64,000 nt of DNA. It comes from Rhizodiscina lignyota (lineage: Eukaryota). A program made the translations under genes and the position numbers. Below, piece after piece: positions 53,132 through 63,036 of this stretch. Position 1 is the first letter of the stretch, and each line of letters begins with the position of its first letter. The notes under the pieces are model-generated. The model was not told where the DNA came from. It did not search any database and saw only the letters and a program-made list of their open reading frames with translations. Where the stretch lies: positions 744,001-808,000 of the forward strand of contig ML978121.1 in NCBI GenBank assembly GCA_010015805.1. Reading direction: 5' to 3'.

Positions 53132-54943
53132 ATGGGATCTGAATGGTTCGCGGACAATCTCTGCCGTTCTTGCAGACAGGACATCCTTCACCTGCTCAAA
53201 GCTGCTGAATCGGGCCATCTCGACGTAATACAGGATTGTATCGATCGAGGCGTGGACCTTGACTGGAAGGTTGAAGACGATGACTATCTTATCGCGCCTC
53301 AATTGGACGGAACGCCAGCTATTGTCCTAGCCGCAAGCAGAGGACACACCGCCGCTGTGCGACTTCTTCTTGACAACGGTGCCGATGTCAACAACCAAGC
53401 CGATATCGTTGACACTATTGGGACAGCGCTGATGTGCGCCTGCGAGCAGGCTAGGGTCGAGCTTGTTCGGTTGCTCGTGGCACATGGCGCGAAGCCAGAA
53501 TCCTTAGGAGGCTTTGCAGGCAGGACTACGAACGTGTTGCCTGTCTGTGCTTCGCATCGTTATGTCAGGCCGGAAGGGGATCGATACCGATCTGAATGTG
53601 TTAGAATCCTCCTGGAGGCTGGCCACGATCCAAATGTGAAGGACGAGGTGGGCTTGACTGTTTTCGACTATGCCCTGGGGTTCGGAGACATGGAGTTATT
53701 CAACTTACTGACTACCCATGGATCTGGTCGTCAGGAATACATCCAGTGTTCACGTCTAAGTGGCTCAACAGAAGATGAAGCTAGGCGGATGCGCATGATC
53801 GAAGACCTCTGCAAACCACAAGAAGGATACCGAGATGGCTTTGTTTATTTTGAGAAAATATTCGCGGCTGTCGAAGACGGCGATGAGGTTATGCAAGAGG
53901 TCTTGGTGAGGGCGTACGATGCATACTTCCATTATGGCCAGCGTACCAGGAGAACCTGGTCGAATAGGCCTTTCCAGGTAGCCAGTTTCCTTGTTCGACA
54001 TGAGGATTATGTTTCACCGAAGACACTGGAGCTTGTTCTGCTGGCTGGCGCCGTTGTCGACGGTCAAGATGATAATGGCTGGACTGCTTTACACTTTGCG
54101 TTGAGCGACATCGACCGCGAGTTACCTCCAAATATGAATGTGCGGCACTGGCCAAAGAGGGTAGAAAGCGAGGTTTATCCCCGCTTGGACATGCTCAGAC
54201 TTCTTCTCGACCACGGCGCAAGTACCGATATACGTACGAACAAGGAAGGAGACACACCCTTGCACCACGCTGTAATGATCCATCCATCAGGTCCACAAGG
54301 AAGCCCATCTAGGTGGCTGCGGCGCGATATTGAAACCAACGAGACTGCAAAATTCTGTAGCCCTGCAACACTCCCGGCTCTCAAGATGCTTCTCGCGCAT
54401 GGAGCGGATGTGCGGTCTGAGAATGATCTGGGCTACACTCCACTTCACCTTGCAGCAAACCATGAGACAGTACCACTCATAATGCCGCTGCTCGAGGCGG
54501 GCGCAGATATCGAAGCCAGAGCTGCTGATGGCAGCACGCCGTTGCACTGCGCGATGACGATGTTCTGGATTAATATGGAGCATCGACAACTCTCTCATCA
54601 TCCAGCCAGTCTCTTCCCCGGGTGGAACTGGAGGACTCCTGTCGTCGTCAAGACACTCATTGATGCTGGAGCAAATGTGAATGCACGACTGGACGACGGC
54701 AAGACGGTCCTGCACGTCCTCGCGGAGGAGGGTTCCGATCATATGCTGGTATCTGATGTGGAGATGTGTGAGAGTGACGGCCATTGGCTGGGGACCAAGG
54801 ACTTCATCAAGTGGTTTCTACAGCAAGGTGCCGATGTGAACATTCTCGACGATAACGACGAGACCGCAGCGCAGGTCGCCCACAGGCTTGGTAAGCCCAA
54901 TTTAGCAGCGATTCTTGAGGGTAAACTCGGCTGGGCTCATTGA
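53132..54943 (+). CDS. Ankyrin-repeat protein
   Basis: Repeated G.TPLH.A / LL..GADVN motifs (GTPAIVLAASRGH, GWTALHFA, GDTPLHHA, GYTPLHLAA, GSTPLHCA, GKTVLHVLA) across a 603 aa ORF. Confidence 0.92.
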   Translation: MGSEWFADNLCRSCRQDILHLLKAAESGHLDVIQDCIDRGVDLDWKVEDDDYLIAPQLDGTPAIVLAASRGHTAAVRLLLDNGADVNNQADIVDTIGTALMCACEQARVELVRLLVAHGAKPESLGGFAGRTTNVLPVCASHRYVRPEGDRYRSECVRILLEAGHDPNVKDEVGLTVFDYALGFGDMELFNLLTTHGSGRQEYIQCSRLSGSTEDEARRMRMIEDLCKPQEGYRDGFVYFEKIFAAVEDGDEVMQEVLVRAYDAYFHYGQRTRRTWSNRPFQVASFLVRHEDYVSPKTLELVLLAGAVVDGQDDNGWTALHFALSDIDRELPPNMNVRHWPKRVESEVYPRLDMLRLLLDHGASTDIRTNKEGDTPLHHAVMIHPSGPQGSPSRWLRRDIETNETAKFCSPATLPALKMLLAHGADVRSENDLGYTPLHLAANHETVPLIMPLLEAGADIEARAADGSTPLHCAMTMFWINMEHRQLSHHPASLFPGWNWRTPVVVKTLIDAGANVNARLDDGKTVLHVLAEEGSDHMLVSDVEMCESDGHWLGTKDFIKWFLQQGADVNILDDNDETAAQVAHRLGKPNLAAILEGKLGWAH

Positions 54944-54984
54944 TATAGCCACATTAACTCAGCAAACACTCCCAGCTTAACTTC

Positions 54985-55215
54985 GGGCCAACTGTACTCT
55001 TACTCTACTTATGCTTGCTTATAGTTAATTTAAGGCTAATTATAGTTGTTTAAGCTTAAATCTGACAGGATTGCCAAGGCAGGGAGCTTAATTGACAGTG
55101 TATTCGTGATTTAGAATATAAACGAATACCTAAAGAGAGAAACTAAGATTGCTTATACTTCCGACCAAATCCCCTCCTCTTACTTCCTCGTTAGGTTAGC
55201 GCCGTATCGTGACTT
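54985..55215. other. AT/TpA-rich segment, possible RIP-mutated solo-LTR or TE fragment
   Basis: Abrupt AT-rich tract (ttatagttaatttaaggctaattatagttgtttaagcttaaa) between two convergent genes. No termini or TSD could be confirmed. Confidence 0.3.
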
Positions 55216-55383
55216 GTAAGCAAAATTACACCCGGCTCTACTTCAGCTTCACTTCGGTTGAGCGCGCACCGCCACGCTAAGGACACCTCCAGATGCTTCC
55301 GTTCAACTCGCCTTTACGTCCAAACTCAGCTATCGAGGTCTCTCAGGTAGAGAGCTATTTAGTGTCTGATAATAGTACCTCGC

Positions 55384-57069
55384 TCAATGAACGAAGTGGA
55401 CTCCTTCTGTGTTCACATCCTGTTCGAACGGATCGACTTCAGTTTTGCTGAATTGACGTGCCGGAATCTTTTTAGCGAACAACACGTCCAACTCGGCAAA
55501 ACTGCGTGATTTCGTCTCGGGAACGCGGAAATAGACCCATAAAGAGCATAGCAGAGCAGAGCCTGCCCAGAAGAACGCGCTGAATTCACGCCAATGCCAT
55601 TCAGTCGGGTTCAGCTGGTAGGAGATAAGCTCGCCGACCCAGATCTGACATGTGTTGTAGCAGATTCGAGCAAAAACGATAGTGAATGCACGCTCGCGAG
55701 CCGAAGGGATCTCAGAGACGAGTGAGTAGACGACAGGACCGACACCGCTGTCGAAGACAAATTTGCTAAAGATTAAAAGCGCACCAGCTGCCCAACTGGC
55801 GCCTTTGTTTGTCGACGGCGGAATTCCCATAAAGCCGATGATGCAGAACATGACAACCATAACCCAGAGGGAGCCGACAAAGAGTCCTCGTCGCCCAAAC
55901 CATTTCATCGTAAACCAGGCAACCAAAGTACCCAGAAGGCCCATGCAATCCAAACCGATCTGCATGTCGAAAGAATCGCCAGTCGAGAGGCCAGCCTGCT
56001 CGAAGAAATAGACACCGTAATTGAGAAGACCAGCACCGCACAGGCTCTGGACCATCCACGTCAGGCAAGTGATTTCAGTTCGACGGATGTTCTCCTTCTT
56101 GAACATATCCAAGAACCTGCCGTTCCCATCGCGGCCCTTGCGTTCTAGTGCCACGGTGTGCACCATCATCTGCACGGTCTTGCGCGCAGTCTCGTCTCCG
56201 GCAGATTTCTGAGTCAGCCGTTTCACTGACTCGAGCGCATCTTCAGTTCGGCCTTTGCGCACCAGCCACCACGGCGACTCGGGCGCAAAGAAACAGCAGG
56301 CCAAGATGGGGACTGGCCAGAACCACTGGAGTGCGAAAGCTCCGCGGTATGCCCACTGGCTCTTGACCTGCAGTAAACCTCGCAAGGAAACAGTAGACAG
56401 TAGATCACCCCAAAGCCATTGAGCATTAGTCCAGGTTGTGAGGTAGTATCGGAGCTCAATTGGCGCGACCTCGCATGCGTACTGCGTTGTCAGCGTCTGA
56501 AAAATACCCCAGGGAATACCCTGGAGAATTTCACCCGCTAGGAGTGTTTGGATGTTGCCAGCAAAGAAGGGAATGAAGATGAAAGAGATCATGAGAGCGT
56601 GGCCAACAATCATCGTCGGTCGACAACCGAATCGTTCGGTGAAGAAACCAGCGAAAAAGAGTCCAATGATCATGCCGACTTTGGCCCCGTTTGAAAGTCC
56701 CAGCTGCCACGCAGCGGTTAGCTGGTACGTTCCGTCGCCAACGGGATTGCCAAACTTCTTCTGAAAGGCCGGGAAAGCGATGAAAGCCGAAAGCAGTCCA
56801 GAGTCGAAACCATCCATGAGCACAGAACAAGAGAATATAAACGACCAGATGACTGCTTTACGGTAGAGCTTCAACGAGGCCCACGGGCTCATTGCCATTT
56901 CCTCTCGGGTAGCATCACGCGCGTCCATAATGAGTTGCTGTTTGAGCTCCTTCTCTCCCAGCTCCTCCAAATCCTCCGTATGGCCAGCGGTCTCGGCCTT
57001 GGTGACCGTGTCGAAAGCGTTGTAGTTGTCATCATTAGCCGGCGCTGGTGCCTTAGTAGGAGATTCCAT
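55384..57069 (-). CDS. Sugar porter, maltose/alpha-glucoside permease-like (MFS)
   Basis: Intron-less 561 aa ORF with AFQKKFG, GEILQGIPWGIFQTLT..YA.EVAP..LR.YLT, PESPWWLVRKG, RRTEI and PETKSRSFAELD.LF. Confidence 0.93.
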   Translation of the reverse strand: MESPTKAPAPANDDNYNAFDTVTKAETAGHTEDLEELGEKELKQQLIMDARDATREEMAMSPWASLKLYRKAVIWSFIFSCSVLMDGFDSGLLSAFIAFPAFQKKFGNPVGDGTYQLTAAWQLGLSNGAKVGMIIGLFFAGFFTERFGCRPTMIVGHALMISFIFIPFFAGNIQTLLAGEILQGIPWGIFQTLTTQYACEVAPIELRYYLTTWTNAQWLWGDLLSTVSLRGLLQVKSQWAYRGAFALQWFWPVPILACCFFAPESPWWLVRKGRTEDALESVKRLTQKSAGDETARKTVQMMVHTVALERKGRDGNGRFLDMFKKENIRRTEITCLTWMVQSLCGAGLLNYGVYFFEQAGLSTGDSFDMQIGLDCMGLLGTLVAWFTMKWFGRRGLFVGSLWVMVVMFCIIGFMGIPPSTNKGASWAAGALLIFSKFVFDSGVGPVVYSLVSEIPSARERAFTIVFARICYNTCQIWVGELISYQLNPTEWHWREFSAFFWAGSALLCSLWVYFRVPETKSRSFAELDVLFAKKIPARQFSKTEVDPFEQDVNTEGVHFVH

Positions 57070-57688
57070 GACTCCGTAGTATGATCTGTGTATAGAAGTA
57101 GCTGTACTGTGTAAGAGAGTGCGAACGAATCTTGGGATTGCGGTGATGGGGGTAGGGCGGTGGAGGCCATTCGTTAATATGCTATATCAATGCGTGCCAA
57201 GTCTAATAGTCAAAAACCCCGGGTTCAACAGACATAACATCTGACCACTTGAGAAACACTGCATTTAGCTTCTACTCAAAGACACCCCGAGACTGGAGAC
57301 TGGAAGTTCGAATGCGAAAGGCTTCAAGGGCCCAACTGCCGGAGTGACGAAGATGGCTTGCGGGGAGTTAAGGGACCTGAGGAGCCGACCAAAGTTACAG
57401 GATATGATTGGTACCTTCAGATCGGATATCTGGCTTCGTCCTTCTGAAAGTCCCCCGTTCGAGGCACGTCTGAGGCTATGGAGAAACAAGTCAGCCGAAA
57501 TCCACCAATAATGAACCGATATAGAGGCGGAGTTCTCTGCCGACTGCATGTTTGTTCTACTACTGCATCGAAGCCAAGATATTTGTACTTCCCTATGATT
57601 GCTGGTTACTAGAGTCTGTCAAGATTAATTCGTCTGAGAGCATAATTCCATCGTTCACTCGTTGTTAACAGACAAGACCTAGTATACC

Positions 57689-59149
57689 ATGTCCAACACT
57701 CAGGCTTACGATGCACAAGGCAAGGGCCGGTCGACATTCACGGTGCACAAAGAGCGAGTTTTCTACGATGTAATGGATCTGCATCGAGCAACGCTGATTC
57801 AACTTGTCAAGGTCGGGACTGTCGATGCGGAAGCTGGAAAAAGGATCGCAAATGGCATGGCTCAGGCTATTGCGTCTTACGATGATCCTACTGATCCAGC
57901 ATGCCTGGACTACCTTCTGCTAGAGGGTAAATTGCTGGAGCTAGTCGGTCCAACAGCGTCCTTTCTGCATACTGGACGTAGTCGCCAGGACATCACGTCA
58001 ACGCTGTGCCAGATGGAGGCTCGCCATGGTGCTCGAGTATCGGCAAATGCAATCCTAAAGGTCCGCGAGAGTTTGCTGCAAGTAGCGGAGAAGCATATCA
58101 TGACGGTCATTCCAGCATACACGCACGGTGTACCAGCTCAGCCGGAAACATTTGCTCACTACTTGCTATCTTTCCATGACAGTATGGAACGACATTACCA
58201 CCGAATGGAGGAAGCGTACAGCCGCGCTAACCAAGCCGCGCTGGGTTCAGACGTGATGTGCACCTCGCGCTTCCGTCACGACCGACATCTCGCAGCCGCA
58301 TTACTTGGTTTTGACGGGCCGGTTGAGAACTCCCTCGACGCTGTTCACGGCCATGCGGCTGATGCCTTGTGCGAAGTCTCGCAGAATATGAGCCTGGTTT
58401 CGGTTTTGCTGTCGAGGTACATGATGGACATGAACGTTTGGCAAATGACGGCCCATCCCTGGATCTACATGTCACCATCGAAGCTCATGTCTGTGAGCAG
58501 TTCAATGCCCCAGAAACGTAATCCACGGGCCATGGAGTGGGTCCGTAGTATGGGTGCCATCATCAGTGGACAGAGCGAGGCATTTTTGATGGCTGCTCGC
58601 AACCAGCCAACTGGAATGTCTGATATTCGCGATAACATGGCTCGAATTCCCGACGAAATCATGGTGAAGATGCTCGATTTTGTGTCCAACATTGTGCTGT
58701 CTTTGGCTATTAACGTCGAGCGGGCACGCGAGGAGACGGCAAAAGACTACTCGACCATGATCGATGTTGCCGAGTCACTTTACGTTAAAGGCAAAGTGCC
58801 CTTCCGCATTGGCCACCATCTGGCGTCCCTGATGACTGACTACGGCCGCGAGAATGGCCTATACCCTTACCAAATCCCTTATGGTGAGGCTCAGCGGATG
58901 TACAGGTCTATCAGTGACGGACAAGAGTTGCCCATAAGCGAGGCCGAATACAAGGATACGTTAGATCCCGTAGAGTATATCAAGAGCCGACGCGGCATTG
59001 GCGGTCCGCAGGAAGACGAGGTGAAGACCATGATTGCGGAGCGGAAGTCGCGCCTTGAGGCCGACCAGAAGAAGGCTAATATCCGAAGCCAGCAGTTAAC
59101 AGATGCCAAAGCGCGATGCCACCAGGAATTTGAAGACCTTCGAAAATAG
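57689..59149 (+). CDS. Argininosuccinate-lyase-like C-N lyase (fumarase/aspartase superfamily), atypical
   Basis: LHTGRSRQD, PAYTHGVPAQP, SSSMPQKRNP signature loop and VPFR.GHH. Intron-less 486 aa ORF. Confidence 0.85.
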   Translation: MSNTQAYDAQGKGRSTFTVHKERVFYDVMDLHRATLIQLVKVGTVDAEAGKRIANGMAQAIASYDDPTDPACLDYLLLEGKLLELVGPTASFLHTGRSRQDITSTLCQMEARHGARVSANAILKVRESLLQVAEKHIMTVIPAYTHGVPAQPETFAHYLLSFHDSMERHYHRMEEAYSRANQAALGSDVMCTSRFRHDRHLAAALLGFDGPVENSLDAVHGHAADALCEVSQNMSLVSVLLSRYMMDMNVWQMTAHPWIYMSPSKLMSVSSSMPQKRNPRAMEWVRSMGAIISGQSEAFLMAARNQPTGMSDIRDNMARIPDEIMVKMLDFVSNIVLSLAINVERAREETAKDYSTMIDVAESLYVKGKVPFRIGHHLASLMTDYGRENGLYPYQIPYGEAQRMYRSISDGQELPISEAEYKDTLDPVEYIKSRRGIGGPQEDEVKTMIAERKSRLEADQKKANIRSQQLTDAKARCHQEFEDLRK

Positions 59150-60902
59150 ATGATGTAACTTAATGCATAGGTTGCGTGCTCGAAGGGAGGCTGAAACCAA
59201 ACGACTTCAGTAGAAATCTGCTCACCGTGATGCAAAGTTCGTCCTGGCTTCTGCCGAGCTCTCCTGTCCTAGCGTGAATAATTACATAAACTCACTCACA
59301 TGGCTGGGTTGCGAGAGAGATCCACCGCTCATGCGGCTGCGCCATGGTGACACATTCCAACGCAAAGGTAAGCGATGTTATCGCAGCGTGCTGACACTGA
59401 GCGAAACGAAACAACGATGCTCAATAGCGAACCGCTATGAGACTTTCTCACTACATTGCAATTTATAGTCGTCATATCTCCGCCTCAGACGGCCCAGGCC
59501 AGAGTCTCACTCTACGATTACTTCTCTCCAGAGTGGACGGACCAGTAAACCCTTTTGCAAATCACCGGCCACAATCCTTCCCACATCCTGCAATAGCTTA
59601 TCCAATATGGGCTGTGTGAACGTCGCCGCTATGATATCCGCGCTCTTCATTGGGTGATGACACTGCGTAGAATCAGAGTACTTCGAATTTGTACTCTTCA
59701 GGTGTATTGAATTAGGCAGTAGTAGATGAAGAGGTAGCATTTCTTTAATTTGAAAGGGGAGTTCTCTTGGAATGGCTTTGAGGACGTTCAGATCAATGTC
59801 AAGAATGCTATGAACGTCACGTGCAACAAAGTCGTGGCGCACGCGGCGGCCTCTCGCGCACTGATCAACGAGAAAGAAAGAAGGAAAGAATAGACTAGTG
59901 CCATGCCGAGCGATAGAGGCCTAGAAGTGGGCCTTTTCGCAGAAAATTGGCCCATCTCAACGCCGCTCGTGGCCAAGTTTTTGGACCAGCTGGGGAGAGA
60001 AGGGACAGTGCTCAGATTTACTCAAGGCAAGCTCAGGCTTGACAAATGAAGCACAGCCACAGGTCCGCGTAGCTTAGGTAGTCAGAGCGCAGGGTAAATA
60101 ATGTTCAGCCACGTTTCAGAAGAGCAAATGGACTTTCTTGGGGGATTTTTGTGGAAAGAGAATACCGCGTACAGCGCGTGAAGAAATCCAAAGGGCTTGG
60201 CACGCGCTAAACCAGATCGGGTTTCATACGTGAACCTCAATGCCTCAAGCCTTTCGCAGCGCTGGAGCACCAGAGATGCATCACAGTGTCTTCCTTTCGG
60301 TTATAAACAGGCCATGCGTGCTCTTCTATCCGCACTGTCATGATTGCGGCCTGCAGGAATGCGTTTGTGCTGACGCGGCGGCTGCATTGCTCTATCCTTC
60401 TGCACGGTTCTTGCTTCCCTCACCGGTTCTGCTACACAGAAGGAGGAGGAGTTTTCATTCGCCCTTTTAGGCCATGGCTGACCCACGTGGGGTGCTACAC
60501 AGGAGTCACTGTTGTGCGCACGCCAAGTAGGCCAGTTCAGCGTCCACCAATTGCCAGGATGCGGAAAATGGAGCAGCCTCCCGGACAGACGCCAGGCAGT
60601 GTCTGTAATGGGAGGCCATGGCATGCGATTCGCTCATTATGCATTACGCCTTGTTTGCCTTGTCAGCATGGCTTCCATTCCTGAGCACCAATGAGAGTAT
60701 TCATCATTGGAGAGCCTTTGAGCTGAGAAGCTGGCGTAACGTCCGTACAATCTCTGCGCAGTGGGAAGGAACAGTTCCAGTCGTGTCTACCTCCGCCACA
60801 GCAAGGGTCATGGCGGGATTGTAGGACGGTGGAATATAAGATGACCTCGGAGCTCGAAGAGCGCAGTACACTTTCTGATCCACCTCTCATACTCCGTTCA
60901 AG

Positions 60903-62663
60903 ATGACGTTTGACCAGTTGAAAATGCCTGGGCTCCATCTCTCTTCAACTATTCCCCCGAAGATCCGGAAAGGAAAACGCAGGAATACCGATCCACGCAC
61001 CAACACGACGATTGTCGGATTCATGGAAACGTATGCAGACGAATGGCGATCCTTTGCGGAACTGGCCGAGAAACTGGAAGAACACTGTAGAGAACTGCTG
61101 AAAGAGCGCGGGATACTCTGCATCGTCACATCCCGTGCCAAAAAGGCAAAATCGCTGCAGAAAAAGCTGGATGACCGAGCCTCGGAGTCGAATAAGGTCT
61201 ACCATAACCCTCAAGCGATATACGATGACATTGTGGACATAGCGGGAGTTCGCATCGCCTTGTACTATCCAAACGACGGGGAGACCGTGGAAGAGCTCTT
61301 GGTCGAAGAGTTCAAAGCAGTGGAAGTGAAAGTGAAGGTCATAGACTCGCCTCCCACAATGAAACTGGATGCTTCAACAACCGACTACCGAGCGCACCAT
61401 TATCGACTACGCTCTCAAAATTGGCCTATGCTTGGCGACAACTACAAGTCTTCATTTTCAATCAAAGTGCGTGCTGAGATTCAAGTTGCATCAGTGGTGC
61501 ACCATGTATGGCAAGAAGTGGCCCACGATCTGCTGTACAAAAAGATGGAAGGAGACCCTACTCCACAGGAAAAAAACCTCCTCAAAATCATCCATGGAAA
61601 CATCACCCAGGTTGAGTTTCAATTGAACTCTCTTAAAGGGGAATTGAAACAGAGGCTAAGCCGAGAAGAGACGCCCTTCGATAATGAGCACCAGCTTCCG
61701 GTCTTTCTTGGCGAATTAGTTGGCCAGCGCACCGACTGGACTAAAGCGAAAATCAAAGTCAGCAATCCAGACTTTCTCCTGACTGCCCTGCAAAGTCTCG
61801 AATCTGACACTCGGAAACAACTCAAAGACGTATTGCATGGCGTCTTCGACAATGCTACGGAGATGCCCAAAGCGATGTTCGAGCCCGGCTCGGCATCAAC
61901 AGTGAACCTTAGCCAGCGAAATTCATCCGAGAAGTCGAAGAACGATCATCAAATCTGGGTCTCACCTGAAGGGAAGCTTGACCTCACTATCGCTATACTC
62001 GACCTTTTGGTGGACGCACGAAGTGGTCGTCAGCTCTCTGAAATAGACCGAACAGTCGCCGGGGAAGAGAGTCTGTATAGAAGCCTCTCGCTACCCAAAA
62101 AGCTCGATCGCTCGTTCTCCCCATCAAACGCCCGCTCCATCTGGAATGGACTCAAGGTAACTACCTATCGAGTAAAGCATGGCTGGCGCAAGAATTCTAT
62201 CTCAGATTCTAAACTTGGCAACAACCTTTCCGAATGTCATCGTGTCGCGCACGCACTCTGCCTACTGCAGCTGTTATTTTCCTTCACCGGTAACGCTTTC
62301 CTTCGCGATATCCCGGAGGCTAAACACTTCGAGCACGCCCAGAGATTGCGCTACCTTGGGCATGCTCTGAAAGCTTTTAAGCCTGGTCACAGCACACAAA
62401 ATGATGTCAGCACGGATGAAGAGAAGGAAAAGATACGTCATTTACTAGATTGGCTAGAAATGATGGGGAAGAATTATGCGGATTTTAATCTTGTCTTGCG
62501 TCTGGTAGAGCGCGGTGTCAAGAGCAACGTTCCTGATGTGGGCGATTCAATCAACAAAATCACGAAAGACGTCGACGGTTTAATATCAAGGGAAAGCATA
62601 TCTAATGAAGTACATCGGAAAGCCAAGCCATCGGGGCGGTGGACTGCCATTGCAAAGCATTAA
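60903..62663 (+). CDS. RelA/SpoT synthetase-domain protein (small alarmone synthetase-like) with uncharacterised C-terminal extension
   Basis: SRAKKAKSLQKK (RxKxxxSxxxK), DIVDIAGVRI, DYRAHHY, AEIQVAS and W.EVAHDLLYK appear in the expected order within about aa 75-215. Intron-less 586 aa ORF. Confidence 0.88.
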   Translation: MTFDQLKMPGLHLSSTIPPKIRKGKRRNTDPRTNTTIVGFMETYADEWRSFAELAEKLEEHCRELLKERGILCIVTSRAKKAKSLQKKLDDRASESNKVYHNPQAIYDDIVDIAGVRIALYYPNDGETVEELLVEEFKAVEVKVKVIDSPPTMKLDASTTDYRAHHYRLRSQNWPMLGDNYKSSFSIKVRAEIQVASVVHHVWQEVAHDLLYKKMEGDPTPQEKNLLKIIHGNITQVEFQLNSLKGELKQRLSREETPFDNEHQLPVFLGELVGQRTDWTKAKIKVSNPDFLLTALQSLESDTRKQLKDVLHGVFDNATEMPKAMFEPGSASTVNLSQRNSSEKSKNDHQIWVSPEGKLDLTIAILDLLVDARSGRQLSEIDRTVAGEESLYRSLSLPKKLDRSFSPSNARSIWNGLKVTTYRVKHGWRKNSISDSKLGNNLSECHRVAHALCLLQLLFSFTGNAFLRDIPEAKHFEHAQRLRYLGHALKAFKPGHSTQNDVSTDEEKEKIRHLLDWLEMMGKNYADFNLVLRLVERGVKSNVPDVGDSINKITKDVDGLISRESISNEVHRKAKPSGRWTAIAKH

Positions 62664-63036
62664 GCAAGTGTAGCAGACGCTAAACTAGATACCTGGAGTA
62701 TCAAATTCATTCCACTGCAGAAGCTGCTTAATAGTGATTAATTCAAAGCAGCTAAGTTCCCTTCAATCCAGACATCGTAATGCCCGAGAGTGGCGATGAT
62801 CGACCGACAAGGCTGTGATTTGACTGGTCGTCGCGAGGCTGCAGCACGCGCGTCCTGCAAGGCAGATCCGACATCGTATAAGGCAAAGGAACTACTGAGG
62901 CTACTTGTCGAGTAGAAGTCCAGTTAAATTGCCGTAGAATTCCCACTGGACCTAGCAAGTGGCTGAGAAAGAGAACTCCACACGAGGCCGACTCAATCGC
63001 TGTCTCCGGTCGGAACCATGAAATTTTACTGATTCC

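Noticed and set aside
31409..59149. ureD, OHCU decarboxylase and the ASL-like gene as a nitrogen-recycling cluster
   Set aside because: They are spread over about 28 kb among unrelated housekeeping genes, so co-occurrence is probably coincidental.
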